DNA of 64,000 nt from Microcoleus sp. (GTDB taxonomy: Bacteria; Cyanobacteriota; Cyanobacteriia; Cyanobacteriales; Microcoleaceae), in NCBI GenBank assembly GCA_052279835.1, contig CP181291.1, positions 4,256,001 to 4,320,000 of the forward strand, read 5' to 3'. Of this stretch, positions 19,503-28,890 are shown one piece after another (position 1 is the stretch's first letter; every line of letters starts with the position of its first letter). The translations under genes and the position numbers were made by a program. The notes beneath the pieces are model-generated. The model saw nothing but the letters and a program-made list of their open reading frames with translations. It did not search any database and was not told the origin of the DNA.

Positions 19503-22500
19503 ATGAAAATGCTCAACCGTCGCACTCAACCCCTATTATTCTTGACACTTAGTGGCATCCTGGCCATCGCCTACTATGTGACTGGAAAACTCGCAGCCTC
19601 CATGCTGGGATTCGTGAAAGCCGATGCTTCCCCGGTGTGGCCACCCGCCGGCATCGCCCTCGCGGCACTCCTACTCCAAGGACGGCGGATGTGGCCCGGA
19701 ATTACCGTCGGTTCCCTGCTGTTGAGTTCTACCTTCGCCGTCGGTATACCCTCCATCGTCATGCTCTCTTCAGCCTTTAGCGTCACCCTGCAAGCTCTCC
19801 TTGGTGAGGCTTTGCTCAGGCGCTGGGGTTTTTCGACCAAACTCGATCGCCTGGGAGATGTTCTGGGGTTAGTAGCCTGCGCTGTCATTGGGTCTACTTT
19901 GATTGGTTCTACCATCAGCAATCTGAGCGGCTGCATTTTTGGTTGGATTCCGTGGAGCAATTTTTGGAGAAATTGGTGGACAATGTGGCTGGGTGATGGT
20001 ATTGGGATTTTGCTATTTACCCCTGTCTTGCTGACTTTGACCCACTTCTTACGGAATAGATTTGGCAAAAAATTAGTTAATTATTCAGAACCGTTGATTT
20101 TGCTAACTCTGCTAGTGAGTGTTAGCTGGCTGGTGTTTGGTTCAAAAACAGATGCTGCTAGCGCCATCTATCCCCTAGAATATTTGCCTTTTCCTCTGGT
20201 AGTCTGGGCGGCCCTGCGATGGAGTTCTGGGGGAGCGATTTTTGCTTATTCAATCGTTTCTTACATCGCGATTTTGGGATTACTAATTACCGATTACCAA
20301 ATTTAATTGTTAATTATTCAGAACCGTTGATTTTGCTAACTCTGCTAGTGAGTGTTAGCTGGCTGGTGTTTGGTTCAAAAACAGATGCTGCTAGCGCCAT
20401 CTATCCCCTAGAATATTTGCCTTTTCCTCTGGTAGTCTGGGCGGCCCTGCGATGGAGTTCTGGGGGAGCGATTTTTGCTTATTCAATCGTTTCTTACATC
20501 GCGATTTTGGGAACTGTCCAGGGCGGGGGTCCGTTTTTAGTCAACTCTTCGGCTACCCTCAGTGACCGGCTCACTTTGATGCCGGTTTTATTTTTACAGG
20601 CTTTTATCGGGACGATCGCCATTGTCGCTTTGATGTTAGCCGCCGCCGTCGCCGAACGCGAGCAAGCTCTGGTGGAAGTGCGTCGCACAGCAGCCATGTT
20701 GCGCGATCGTGAAGCTAGTTTGGCCAACGCTCAACGTATTGCTCAGTTAGGCCATTGGGATTTAGATTGCGCCACCCTAGAACCACCTCACGACTGGGAG
20801 CAATCGCCCGAACATTATACATCCAACCTCGAATTGCGGTGGTCCGACCAACTTTATCGGCTCTTGGGTTTAACTCCCGGAACAGTCAAACCTGCGCCCT
20901 GGTTGTTTCTGCAAGCGGTACACCCAGAAGACCGAGAATTGGTAGCGCGATCGCAGCGCCAAGCCATATTGGAGCGAAAATCCTATTGCATTAATTACCG
21001 GATTGTGCTCGGCAATGGCTCCGAACGAACTGTGTGCGAACAGTCGGAAATTCACTCAAACGTGATTTCTGCAACAGTTCAGGACGTTACCGATCGCTAC
21101 CTTGCTACCAAAGCCTTGCGAGCATCAGTCGATCGCGATCGCCTCCTCTCAGAAATGGCACTGCGGATTCGCCATTCCCTAGACCTCCAAGAAATTCTCA
21201 ATACTACTGTCGCCGAAGTCCGGCAATTTTTCAAAGCAGACCGCGCTTTCATCGGCATAAAATCGGCGCTGGAGACAATACCAGACTCGCCAGTCTACGG
21301 TCAGATTGTCGCTGAGTCTGTCGGTACCGAATACCCTTCTATTTTGGGCTGTGTGCTGGCTGACCAGAGCCATTTTGAATACTTGAAAACGTTTTATGCC
21401 ACCAACCGCGCCAGAGCAATCTCCGATACTGCTAGCGTGGAAGTCATCGATGGATTTACCAAATACTACAATGAGTATCAAATTCGGGCAACGTTAAATG
21501 TGCCGATCGTCTTGGGCGGTGAGTTGTTCGGAACCCTGGCTGTCAATCAGTGTTCTGGGCCCCGCCAGTGGCAGGAATTTGAGATTGATTTATTAGAAAA
21601 ACTTGCTACCCAAGTGGCGATCGCCCTTCAGCAAGCCCAACTTTTGCAGCAGGTAAAAGACCTCAATACCAACCTAGAATTTCAAGTGGAGGAACGCACC
21701 AGACAGCTACAACAAAAAATGCAAGAATTGCAAGAAAGCAATCGACTCAAAGACTTGTTTTTACACGCAGTTTCCCACCATCTCCGCACGCCAGTTATGG
21801 GAATGTTAATCCTGATGAAAAACTTACTCAATAAAGCATCTGCTGACTCTCAACAAACTGTTCCGATTTCTCGCTCGATTTTGGAGCGGATAGTTGAGGG
21901 CAGCGAACACCAGTTGGGTATGGTTAATGCCCTACTCGACGCTCACGCCACCGGGGTCAAAGGTGTTTGCCTTAACACCTTACCACTGCAATTACCATCT
22001 TTAACTTCCGCAGTCATTGCCAAAATAGAACCGCTGCTGGCTAAAAATCAAGCAACTTTAACTCAGGAAATACCTGCGAATTTGCCTCTGGTATTTGCCG
22101 ATGTCCAACAGTTACAGCGGGTCTTAGAAAATCTACTGATTAATGCTATCAAACACAATCCTCCCGGAGTAACAATAAATTGTAAATTAGAGGTGATAGA
22201 AGTAGATAATTTCCTACTTAATCAAAGTAATAAAAATAATCTAATAGCGCAAAATGGTATATTATATAAATGTATAGATCAGGTGAGATATTCCTCGGAT
22301 GCTGAAAGTCAAATCTTTAAAATAGGTGGGGAATCTGCGACACAACCGCTAGAAATCAGCATGAAATATCGTGATATACATAGCAAAAGTTACTGCGATG
22401 GCAGTTACCAATTCCCTCGCTATCAAGGTGAAATTGGCAATCTGAGCTACCAATTACCGCGATCGACCGTAAAAATGGTTCGCACTGTTGTAGTGGATAA

Positions 22501-22714
22501 TGGAGTAGGAATCAGCCCACAACAGTGTGACTCTTTGTTTGAACTCTGCGTTCAAGACCCCAATAACCGACAACTAACCGGGCTGGGTTTGGGACTGTAC
22601 CTTTCCAAGCAAATTATCAAAGCTCACGGCGGTGAAATGGGCATGGAAAACACTCCTGGAGGTGGCTCGACTTTCTGGTTTTCTTTGCCTGTTGTGGAAG
22701 TTGTCAGTAGTTAG
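19503..22714 (+). pseudogene. MASE1-PAS-GAF sensor histidine kinase, frameshifted by internal tandem duplication (ORFs 19503-20306 and 20219-22714)
   Basis: MASE1 motifs VWPPAGIALAALL, WWTMWLGDGIG, FPLVVWAALRW; PAS VHPEDR; GAF; H-box VSHHLRTP; N-box, DNGVGI, GLGLGL; 204-bp duplication breaks frame. Confidence 0.85.
20076..20512. repeat. 204-bp direct duplication (20076-20279, 20309-20512) with 29-bp spacer
   Basis: Both copies run GTTAATTATTCAGAACC...GCGATTTTGGGA; no mismatch seen. Confidence 0.92.
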
Positions 22715-22774
22715 TAGTTATTTGTTAGTGGTGGGTTCTTTAACAAACAACAAATCACAAATAACAAATCACAA

Positions 22775-24562
22775 ATGGCCAATGCTAAATCAGTTCCAGG
22801 ACTAACGGTTTATGAGGTGTGGCGCGATCGCTTTCTTCGAGACAGGCTACGCCCTACTGTACAGATTGCTATTTTTTTTGTTTTAACAATTATTATCTAT
22901 TTTTTCGGTGAAGCCCTCTTGGCTCCCCAGGAGTTTAAACCTGTTTACCTGTACACGAGTTTTGCTGTAGAGTTAGGTTTAATCACTTGCTTGGTTTTGC
23001 AAAAAACTGCGATCGGACAGCGTTACCCTGGTTTGCTATTTTTGGGTTTTTCCTGGTCCTTGACTGTAGTTGTACAGCTTGGATTGGCTTTCGCCAGAGT
23101 CGGAGACTTGCCGATTTTAACCTGGAGTTTAGCATTTCTGACCCAGGCTACGCTCATGCCTGTACGTTGGCCTCTGCACCTGATTTCTCAACTTGGTGTT
23201 TTGTTGTGCCACATCGCAATCAATTTGGTTTTAAACCTGAGCTTTGCTAGGTATACTCCTTTTCGGATCAGCGGCTTTTACTTGTATTTATTTTGGTTTT
23301 GTTTTATTTGTGACTTGTCAGTTTACTGGTACGAAATTCTCCAAAAAACAGAGTTTAGCACTCGCAGAGAATTGCAATCTGCTTATCAACAATTGGAGGT
23401 GGCGGAAGCGAAGTATCGCAGTATTTTTGAAAATGCTGGTGAGGGTATTTTTCAAAGCACTCCCGATGGCCGCTATATTACTGCTAATCCAGCTTTGGCG
23501 AAGATTTATGGGTGCGATTCACCATCGGAGGTGACGGCAAAATTTACTGATATCGGGCATCAGTTGTATCTCGATCGCGATCGCAGGAGTCAGTTTGTGC
23601 GAGCGATCGAGGAAAACGGCAGAGTGTCGGATTTTGAGTCTCAAATTTATCGCTGTGATGGGAGTATTGTCTGGATTTCTGAGAATGCTAGGGCGGTGTT
23701 CGATAGCAGTGGCTCTGTGGTTTATTATGAAGGTTCCATTCAGGATATCACTCAGCGAAAACAGGCGCAATCAGCTCTTAGGCTGTTTGTTCACGCTCTT
23801 TCTCATGATTTGCGAAACCCTGTTGCAGGAATGTTAATGGTTTTGAAAAATTGGGAAAAAAAATCGGATAAATCTATAGAAATTCCTCGTTCAGTTTTGG
23901 AGCGGATGATTAAAGGTAGCGAGCAGCAATTGCGGTTAATCGATTCTTTATTGGAAGTTCATGCTAGCGAATTGCGCGGTTTAGTTTTGCACTGCGAGCG
24001 GGTAAATTTGAAGCAGCTAATTGAAGATGCTGCTGCCGATTTGGAGCCGTTAATTCATGATAGTCAAGCTAGTTTTAAAAATTTAGTAGCCGATGATTTG
24101 CCTGCCGTTTATGGCGATCCCACTCAGTTATGGCGGGTTTTTTCTAATTTAATTTCTAACGCTTTAAAACATAATTTATCTGGGCTAAATGTAACTATTT
24201 CAGCTAAGGTGATAGATGGAGAAAAATTCACTAAATATCCGGGGGATGTGCCGTCGGATACTGAGAAATTTCCCATTAATGATTCCCAGATTTTTACCCT
24301 GAATTCCCAATTTTCGATTCTGAATTCTCCCATGAAGATGATTTTATGTGTTGTTCAAGATGATGGGGTGGGAATATCGCCGGAACAGTGCGAACATCTT
24401 TTTGAACTTTATGTTAGAGGCTCACGCTCCCGACAATCTGTAGGTTTAGGTTTAGGGCTCTATCTTTGTCGGCAAATTATTGGGGCTCACGGCGGGAAAA
24501 TAGGGGTGATTAGCACTCCGGGTGCTGGGGCCATTTTTTGGTTTACTTTGTCGCTGGCTTAA
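22775..24562 (+). CDS. Membrane-bound PAS sensor histidine kinase
   Basis: Hydrophobic N-terminal helices; YRSIFENAGEGIFQSTPDG PAS, QDITQRK; SHDLRNP H-box; DDGVGI, GLGLGL. Confidence 0.9.
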   Translation: MANAKSVPGLTVYEVWRDRFLRDRLRPTVQIAIFFVLTIIIYFFGEALLAPQEFKPVYLYTSFAVELGLITCLVLQKTAIGQRYPGLLFLGFSWSLTVVVQLGLAFARVGDLPILTWSLAFLTQATLMPVRWPLHLISQLGVLLCHIAINLVLNLSFARYTPFRISGFYLYLFWFCFICDLSVYWYEILQKTEFSTRRELQSAYQQLEVAEAKYRSIFENAGEGIFQSTPDGRYITANPALAKIYGCDSPSEVTAKFTDIGHQLYLDRDRRSQFVRAIEENGRVSDFESQIYRCDGSIVWISENARAVFDSSGSVVYYEGSIQDITQRKQAQSALRLFVHALSHDLRNPVAGMLMVLKNWEKKSDKSIEIPRSVLERMIKGSEQQLRLIDSLLEVHASELRGLVLHCERVNLKQLIEDAAADLEPLIHDSQASFKNLVADDLPAVYGDPTQLWRVFSNLISNALKHNLSGLNVTISAKVIDGEKFTKYPGDVPSDTEKFPINDSQIFTLNSQFSILNSPMKMILCVVQDDGVGISPEQCEHLFELYVRGSRSRQSVGLGLGLYLCRQIIGAHGGKIGVISTPGAGAIFWFTLSLA

Positions 24563-24985
24563 GACGATCGAGGGAGTTTTTGTTTCCTTCACTACATTTC
24601 ATTCTGACATTTTACCCACTCCGGTAAACTTTCCAGTATCAACCAAATTTATGCCTTCGGACTATTGCCATTGGTATCGAATAGTGATACAATACCGGGG
24701 AAGAATATTTTAAATAAAATAATTCTCAACTTCATATTTTCTTTAGAAAAATCATCTATTTTATCTCAAATATCCTGAAAACCCTGTGTATCCACCATGG
24801 TGGAGAGAGCTTTAGATTTGGGATTCTAGATTGAGAATTTGGGATTTTCCCCAGAGATGAAAGCGATCGTTGTCACCAATTTGATGCTGTATCGCCCAAT
24901 TTTGAAAGGCCAGGATTCTACAAATAGATCTAAATTCCCTATCTAAAATCTACACATAGTCTCAGCAAAAGAGGCTATAAAATAA

Positions 24986-25501
24986 ATGCAAAATCTGTTA
25001 ACTATGTTTGTGTCGCCAAACTCAGAAAATACAGCCAAAAGTGAAGAAGATAAATATAACGAACGCTCGTTTTCCATATTAACGCGAGCGCTAACTCTTG
25101 CTCAAGGTTATTTTTCGTTTGTTTTAGTTCACTGCAACTCCATGACTTTGCGGCAACAAATAGTCGATCGACTGCAAGCAAATTCTGCCATCAAACCCAG
25201 GCAACTGCTATTGCCAAAATCTGCGACAACTCTCTACGCGACCATCATCGCCGAACTGGAAGACGAACAGCCTCCGGCTTTAATGATCGTGGGTATAGAG
25301 TCAGTAATAGCGATCGATCGACTACTGGTTTCTACCAACTTATTATGCAGCGAATTCAGCAAAACTTTTTCCTTTCCCCTAGTTTTTTGGGTTACGGATG
25401 AAATCCTGCGAAAAATAATTCGCATCGCCCCAGATTTATACAATCGGATGCCGACAGCCATTAGATTTGTATCCAATAGCGCCGAAATAAATAATCAGTA
25501 G
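24986..25501 (+). CDS. Hypothetical protein resembling the N-terminal degenerate P-loop region of cyanobacterial STAND/WD40-TPR proteins
   Basis: NERSFSILTRALTLAQGYFSFVLVHCN..ALMIVGIE..FSFPLVFWV..APDL. Confidence 0.55.
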   Translation: MQNLLTMFVSPNSENTAKSEEDKYNERSFSILTRALTLAQGYFSFVLVHCNSMTLRQQIVDRLQANSAIKPRQLLLPKSATTLYATIIAELEDEQPPALMIVGIESVIAIDRLLVSTNLLCSEFSKTFSFPLVFWVTDEILRKIIRIAPDLYNRMPTAIRFVSNSAEINNQ

Positions 25502-25555
25502 GGATTTAAAAGAAAAAGAGCGAGTTTGAAGTCGAGTTGGCCGCGATTAATTCAG

Positions 25556-26054
25556 CTACACACTTTTAAACTCTGCTTCCCAAATCGCCACCAATTCCCG
25601 CGCCGCAGCGCTTCCCTCTGGGGGAAAATCTGTCAAAAAATCTTTATCACTCCCTAAGTCGTAGGGTCCTTCCTTCAATTCCAGAATCGCAGTATCCTCC
25701 GCCAAAGCTACTAGGGTGTGGACAGTACCTTCTGGAAGTTCTACGGCGCGAGTGGGCCCAGCCGCACTGAGTCGGAAAGAATCAATAATTTTACCTTGGT
25801 CATTGAAAATAATCATGCCCAATTCTCCCTGAAGCACTACAAAAAACTCAAAACCGTTAACTGCTGGAGGACGCAGGTGTCGGTGAGGGCGGGACATAGG
25901 TCCCCGGCTGCAAGACGTTGACAAACCGCTGCACCTTTTCTGACAAATCGTGGAAATTGTAATTTTGTCGCTGGCGGGGATTGTGACGAGAGTTGGCGGC
26001 AACTTCGTCCAACAATTCCTGTGTCAGCAACTTGATGGGAGGGGATTGCACCAC
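25556..26054 (-). pseudogene. WbuC family cupin-fold metalloprotein, single-base frameshift
   Basis: Frame 1 PRQRQNYNFH..VQRFVNVLQPGTYV continues in frame 2 as RPHRH..FEFFVVLQG..HTLVAL..ELKEGPY; one extra base in the G run at 25891-25893. Confidence 0.8.
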
Positions 26055-26120
26055 AGATATCCTGTATTTAATGGTTTTTCTACAAATCGGCTAGTCTGAG
26101 ATTAACCTTACCAGCATCTC

Positions 26121-27356
26121 TTGACCATGAAAATCGCAAATCAGGTGGCGATGGCTTCGATAGTACGTTTGTCAAGTATTTTGAGAACAAGTATTGGGTC
26201 GATCGCGCTTGCAACTATTTTAATCAGCAATGGCGCTGTTTCTGCCTCCGAACCGAGATTACCAGCACTGTGGGTTCAGGATACATCACAACAAGTGGAA
26301 CTGAAAGAAGAAATTCGCGATCGCGTTCAAGAAGAAGTAGACATCGCTTTCGGGCGCACTGCGGTACTGCTAAACGGCATAGTAATTGCCTTAACTTTTT
26401 TTCCGACAGCCGCCGGAGTCGCCGCTTGGTTCCTCTGGGCTAAATTGTCCAAGCAGACAACAATTGCTCGCCAAGAAATTGAGAGTCTGCGCTATGATAC
26501 GATTTCTCAATTAAAACTTTTAATTTCTGATGCTGAAACTATTTTAGGGGAAATTCAGCACCAAAGTTTCCAATCAGATGTAGAAACAGACCTCCTCTTC
26601 CCCGATGCCCAAATTCAAGAATTTGCCCCGGTTAATTACAGTAACTACAAACAGTTATTAACTGCTGGAGATTATGCGAAACAGGGAGATGCTTGTTTCT
26701 TTGAAAACCGCTACGAAGATGCGATCGCAGCTTACAACCTTGCCCTACAAATCCAGCCAGATTTAGCAGATACTTGGAATAATCGCGGAGTAGTGCTCAC
26801 CAGAATGCAGCGATATCCAGAGGCGATCGCCTCTTACGAACAAGCGACTGCAATTCGCCCCAATTATCCAGACGCTTGGAACAACCGAGGAGTGGTGCTG
26901 TTGGAATTGCAGCAATACCAAGATGCGATCGCCTGCTACGAACAAGCCATTCAAGCCAAACCAGACTACGCCGATGCTTGGAACAATCGAGGCGTAGCTT
27001 TCTCAAAAATGCAGGAATACGAACAGGCCGTAATTTCTTACAATCAAGCCCTACAAATCAAAAATGATTATACTGACGCTTGGAACAATCGAGGCGTAGC
27101 GCTGTCTAAATTGCAAAAATACGAAGCCGCCATAGATTCCTATGACAATGCAGCCAAAATTAGACCAGATTTTTACCGAATTTGGTACAACAAAGCTAGA
27201 TGTTATGCGCTGCAAGGTCAAACTGAGTTGGCTATTGAGAATTTAAAACGTGCCTTAAATCTGAATCCCAATTTGTGTAAACAGTTGGCTAAAAATGAAC
27301 CTGATTTTGAAAATATTCGTGAATATGAGGCATTTAAACATTTGATAACTAACTAA
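26121..27356 (+). CDS. Membrane-anchored TPR repeat protein
   Basis: Repeated 34-aa AWNNRGV.L units; C-terminal WYNKARCYALQG; hydrophobic segment near residue 80-105. Confidence 0.88.
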   Translation: MTMKIANQVAMASIVRLSSILRTSIGSIALATILISNGAVSASEPRLPALWVQDTSQQVELKEEIRDRVQEEVDIAFGRTAVLLNGIVIALTFFPTAAGVAAWFLWAKLSKQTTIARQEIESLRYDTISQLKLLISDAETILGEIQHQSFQSDVETDLLFPDAQIQEFAPVNYSNYKQLLTAGDYAKQGDACFFENRYEDAIAAYNLALQIQPDLADTWNNRGVVLTRMQRYPEAIASYEQATAIRPNYPDAWNNRGVVLLELQQYQDAIACYEQAIQAKPDYADAWNNRGVAFSKMQEYEQAVISYNQALQIKNDYTDAWNNRGVALSKLQKYEAAIDSYDNAAKIRPDFYRIWYNKARCYALQGQTELAIENLKRALNLNPNLCKQLAKNEPDFENIREYEAFKHLITN

Positions 27357-27460
27357 TAAGTCGTAAGATTAAACAAACCACGAAGGCGCTAAGGACACGA
27401 AGTCAGAGAAAGAAGGGAGGGAGTTCTTCCTTACCACCCTTAGCGTCTTCGCAGTTCGTT

Positions 27461-28333
27461 TTACAAATACTTCTGCAACAACAGACCCATTTTCTCCTTA
27501 GTAGCCGCCGGAACTTTATCTAACGGGGTCAAAATTGCATATTTTAAAGCTGAATGGGACTCGGAAACAGGGGGATTTTCAGTTAGCCTGCGGACTGTTT
27601 CTTGAATGACTTTTTGAGCATTTGCGGCATTGCGATGCAAGTTGGCAACTACCATTTCTACAGTTACGCTGTCGTGATCGGTGTGCCAGCAGTCGTAGTC
27701 GGTGACTAAGGCTAAAGTGGCGTAGGCAATTTCTGCTTCTCTGGCTAATTTTGCTTCCGGCAAATTGGTCATCCCGATGACTGTGGCATCCCAACTGCGG
27801 TAAAGGTGTGATTCTGCTTTTGTGGAAAATGCGGGGCCTTCCATGCAAACGTAGGTGCCGCCACGGTGCAGGGTGACGTCGGGGAGGTTCAAGGATTCGA
27901 TCGCCCCTGCTAGCACTTTTGCCAAGGCGCCACAAATCGGGTCTCCGAAGGTAATGTGGCCGACAATTCCTTCTCCAAAAAAGGTAGAAACTCGACCTTT
28001 GGTGCGATCGATAAACTGATCTGGTACTACCATATCCAAAGGTTTCGCCTCTGCTTTGAGGGAACCAACCGCCGATGCTGAGATTAAATACTCAACTCCC
28101 AGACTCTTCATGGCATAAATATTCGCCCGGTACGGCACTTCTGATGGTAAAAAAGTGTGATTGCGGCCGTGTCTTGCCAGAAATGCTACCGGCGTACCGT
28201 CCAAGGTTCCCACGATCGCCGCATCCGAAGGCGAGCCAAACGGTGTATCAATTTTTACCTCTTCCACATCCTTGAGGGCATCCATTTTATACAAGCCACT
28301 GCCGCCGATGATTCCGATCTTTGCTTGAGCCAT
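27461..28333 (-). CDS. mtnP: S-methyl-5'-thioadenosine phosphorylase
   Basis: [49 protein letters not shown]. Confidence 0.96.
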   Translation of the reverse strand: MAQAKIGIIGGSGLYKMDALKDVEEVKIDTPFGSPSDAAIVGTLDGTPVAFLARHGRNHTFLPSEVPYRANIYAMKSLGVEYLISASAVGSLKAEAKPLDMVVPDQFIDRTKGRVSTFFGEGIVGHITFGDPICGALAKVLAGAIESLNLPDVTLHRGGTYVCMEGPAFSTKAESHLYRSWDATVIGMTNLPEAKLAREAEIAYATLALVTDYDCWHTDHDSVTVEMVVANLHRNAANAQKVIQETVRRLTENPPVSESHSALKYAILTPLDKVPAATKEKMGLLLQKYL

Positions 28334-28458
28334 AATTTTTACCTGTTTTTGAGAGTTTTACTTAGTGATTTTACCGGGCTGTTGTAAATTTAGTGTCAAG
28401 AACGCTAAATATTTAATCACCTCATTGTCTTGAATACACTACATTGTCACAAACAAGT

Positions 28459-28474
28459 GGTGATTTAAATCACA
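28459..28474. promoter_or_regulatory. CRP-like site
   Basis: GGTGA-TTTAAA-TCACA, one mismatch from TGTGA-N6-TCACA, in divergent intergenic region. Confidence 0.4.
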
Positions 28475-28543
28475 ACCTTTCTTTACTGAATCTTTAAAAA
28501 TAAAGATACTGATTTCTGTTATGTATTTTTAGGGTGTAAAACA

Positions 28544-28744
28544 ATGACAGTCAGTTCTACAAGTACCACCAAAATCTCTGTGGAAGCCGTAGCCGAACGA
28601 GTCTTGGCTTTCCGTCAAATTACGGCCCTCGACAGAAGGCTCCTCAAGTCAGCGGTGATGAACGGACTCGACCAAAAAGACCACACTCACATCAATCGAT
28701 TGTGTCAGGCTATACAAAGTGGCTTGGTTTTAGTGGTCGAGTAA
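28544..28744 (+). CDS. Small hypothetical protein (66 aa)
   Basis: Isolated ORF with AGGGTG upstream; VAERVLAFRQIT..LCQAIQSGLVLVV resembles small cyanobacterial hypotheticals. Confidence 0.6.
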   Translation: MTVSSTSTTKISVEAVAERVLAFRQITALDRRLLKSAVMNGLDQKDHTHINRLCQAIQSGLVLVVE

Positions 28745-28890
28745 ATCTGCCGTGTGATTATACACAAGCTAAAGATACTTAGTGTTTTCAAATATACGCT
28801 TGAATCTGCTTGAATTGTGCTAGATCATAATTTATTGGTTTTTTTTTCGCCCCTCACTATTTACATTTATCTCAAGTTTTAATTATTAAA

